DNA from: Vitrella brassicaformis CCMP3155
Lineage: Eukaryota > Protista > Chromerida
NCBI GenBank assembly: GCA_001179505.1
Contig: CDMY01000285.1
Span: forward strand, 1 to 64,000
Length of the DNA stretch: 64,000 nt
Reading direction: 5' to 3'
In this document: in pieces, positions 61,998-64,000 of the stretch
How the letters are laid out: the number at the start of each line of letters is the position of its first letter
Numbering within the stretch: the stretch's first letter is position 1
Notes under the pieces: model-generated
What the model saw: only the letters and a program-made list of their open reading frames with translations
What the model was told of the DNA's origin: nothing
The model's database searches: none
Program-made: the position numbers and the translations under genes

Positions 61998-63004
61998 TCT
62001 GTCGGCCGGGAGGGGCGGGGGCGAGGCGGGCACATGACATATGGAGGGAATGAGGGTTGTCGCGTCAAGGCATACAGACAGACACAGACAGACAGAGCAC
62101 CCATCCGGTCTATCTAAGTGAGTTGCTTCTCGACAGCTGACTGTTGGGTTGCCGTCTTGGTATCTTGGTATGTTTTCTCAGTCCGCCCGGCCCTGTGGGT
62201 GGTGTGTGGGCTGGGGCAAGGCGTGGAGCTGTCCAGACCATGACAGCTGTGGGTGCGGGAGAGTGTGTGTGTGTGTGTGTGTCAGCCACCTCTCAACGGC
62301 GCGACTGCCGTGTGCCTGTGCCTGCCTACGGTAGTATTTTTCCCCTTTTTGTAAATGCCTGTGCCAGAGAGGGGGTCGTTGTCTCCAAGAACGAATGAGT
62401 GAATGGAATGGAATGATGACTCTCGCTCGGTGTTGGTCAAAACATCTGTCTGTGTCTGTCTGTCTGTCTGTCGGCTTCAAAAAGTGGAGTCACTGGAATC
62501 ACTGGAGAGAGAGATAGAGAGAGAGAGAGAGAGCTCCCAAAGAGCTCGCGGCAGGCAGGCCACATGTCAAAGGCATCACATCACACCACATCACACCAAG
62601 CCACAACACACACATGCATCCGTCTCTACGACACGCAGCGCTTAAAACGCCCCCTCCCTCCCTCCCTCCCTTTATTCGAGCAGGCAGGCAGGCAGGCAGG
62701 CGTCACATCCAGACAGACCATTCGCCGCTCCAAAACTGCCCACACACCGCCCCCTCCCTCTCCCCCCCTTGATCCCTGTGTGGTACCTCATGCAGGCAGG
62801 GCAGGGCAGGCTGCACATGTGCATTGCAGCCAGCAATGCACTCACACACACACACGCAGCTGGCTACCTAGTATACCTTCACACATGCCCTCACACACGC
62901 ACCCACCCTCTCATGATCGACAGACACCCCACCCCAGAACGCCCCCATGACCCCATACACCCACCCGGCCGCGTGTGTCTGTCTATGGCGTGTGTGGGCG
63001 CCTA

Positions 63005-64000
63005 CTACTGTTGCTGCTGCTGCTGCTGTGGTTGCTCTTGTTGCTGCTCTTGCTGCTGCTCTTGTCCGTTGGTTCCCCAGTAGTGTGTGTGTGTGTGGTC
63101 GACATAGGGGTTGCCGTAGAAGGGGAAGGCCGGCGACGGGCCGTGGGGGTAATTCGCATACAGAACGGGAATCGCAATCGCACCCTAAAAGAGGGAGGGA
63201 GGGAGGGAGGGATGGATCAATGAATGAATGAATGACAGAGAAACATATATGGATGGCGTCGATGACGTGTGTGTGTGTGTGGACGGTTTGTTGATGTCTT
63301 ACCGGTGGAACGGTGAAGCTGAGGTCCATGCTCCCGTCTTGCTGCTGCTGCTGCTGCAAGTCGCCAGCCATTGTCTCGTCCTTGGCTGCCACCTCTCCCT
63401 CCCCCTCCCCCTCAGTGCCGCCCTCCTCCCCTTCAGCAGCCATTTTCTCGTCCTTGGCTGACGTGCCACCCTCCTCCTCCGCCGCCTTTGGTGATGATGC
63501 CGCCTCCTGCTGCTGCTGTAGCTGGTGCTGGTGCTGCTGTGCGATGGCGTGTGCCCACTCCATGGCCGCCGGCGCCATGATGATGGGCATGCCCGTGTGG
63601 GTGTCGTAGCCGATGACGGGCATCTGCATGGCCCCGCTCATGGCCTGCTGGTTGTTGAAGGCCATCTGCGCCATCGTCAGCTCGTCGGGGAAGTATCCTT
63701 GCCCGGTAAAGACGCCACCGCCCGCGGCCACGTAGGGGTTGTGGTACTGCTGCTGCTGCTGCTGCTCGTCATAAGGGCCACCACCAGCACCACCGCCAGG
63801 CACAAACTCTGGCGCATCGGCAGAGAACAGACTGGTGGTGGTCTTGGGCGCGTCGTCGGTCATGCTGACGTCGGTTTCGGCTGGCTGCTCCCCCTCGCGC
63901 TCTCTCTGTTGTGGCTTGTCGGCATCGACGTCCTGCATGGCGACGTCTGCCTCCACTTGATGTGTCGTGCCCTCGTCTTTAAATTGGGGTACTCGCAGCG
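63005..64000 (-). CDS. 5'-truncated hypothetical protein with a PAM2-like motif and polyQ tracts
   Basis: The frame is open to the window edge. It contains LFSADAPEFVPGG. An intron at about 63190-63307 joins TVPP|GAIAIPVLY in phase. It ends EQQQEQQQEQPQQQQQQQ* (TAG at 63005-63007). Confidence 0.65.

Larger units (their letters stand above)
1..64000. repeat. Pervasive intronic and intergenic microsatellites: (GT)n, (CAGA)n, (GGCA)n, (GAGG)n, (CATC)n, (GA)n
   Basis: Present in most introns, e.g. 3481-3506, 7030-7085, 16575-16600, 38040-38095, and (GTGCGTTG)4 at about 55527-55560. Confidence 0.95.

Noticed and set aside
1-64000. Prokaryotic operons, rRNA, tRNA or snRNA genes, and non-standard genetic code
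   Set aside because: No conserved RNA-gene signatures were seen by eye (a tRNAscan/Infernal run would be definitive). Conserved domains translate correctly with the standard code once introns are removed.

Overview
Eukaryotic, GC-rich, intron-dense genomic DNA. An alveolin/IMC gene, short introns packed with (GT)n/(CAGA)n/(GGCA)n microsatellites and the gene style point to an alveolate, most likely a chromerid such as Vitrella brassicaformis (inference). The ORF track is mostly exon fragments and antisense shadows, so I built gene models by hand from GT/GC-AG junctions; several were phase-checked, others only partly. Genes in order: acidic hypothetical protein (-, 2835-5037); PAQR/AdipoR-type membrane protein (+, 5302-7184); unresolved minus-strand exons (7.3-9.4 kb); coiled-coil/low-complexity hypothetical protein (-, ~10.3-15.35 kb); a 24.4-kb HUWE1/TOM1/UPL1-type HECT E3 ligase (+, 15822-40204); an ankyrin protein with a nucleoplasmin-like segment and acidic tract at its N-terminus (+, 41669-44437); an SLC35A-type nucleotide-sugar transporter (-) head-to-head with a GT8 glycosyltransferase (+); an alveolin (-); a double-RWD plus RING-H2 protein (-) head-to-head with a PlsC/DGAT2-like acyltransferase (+); a class 3 lipase (+); and a 5'-truncated PAM2/polyQ gene (-). 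There are three 300-N placeholder gaps next to G/C homopolymers. No rRNA, tRNA, CRISPR array or transposase was recognised. Best leads: the nucleoplasmin-like/acidic/ankyrin fusion with a broken 5' frame, the transporter-glycosyltransferase divergent pair, and a structured non-coding region at 0.6-2.1 kb (three 8-8-8 bp dyad sites, hairpins, TGCATGCA cluster, inverted copy of an exon-intron junction).
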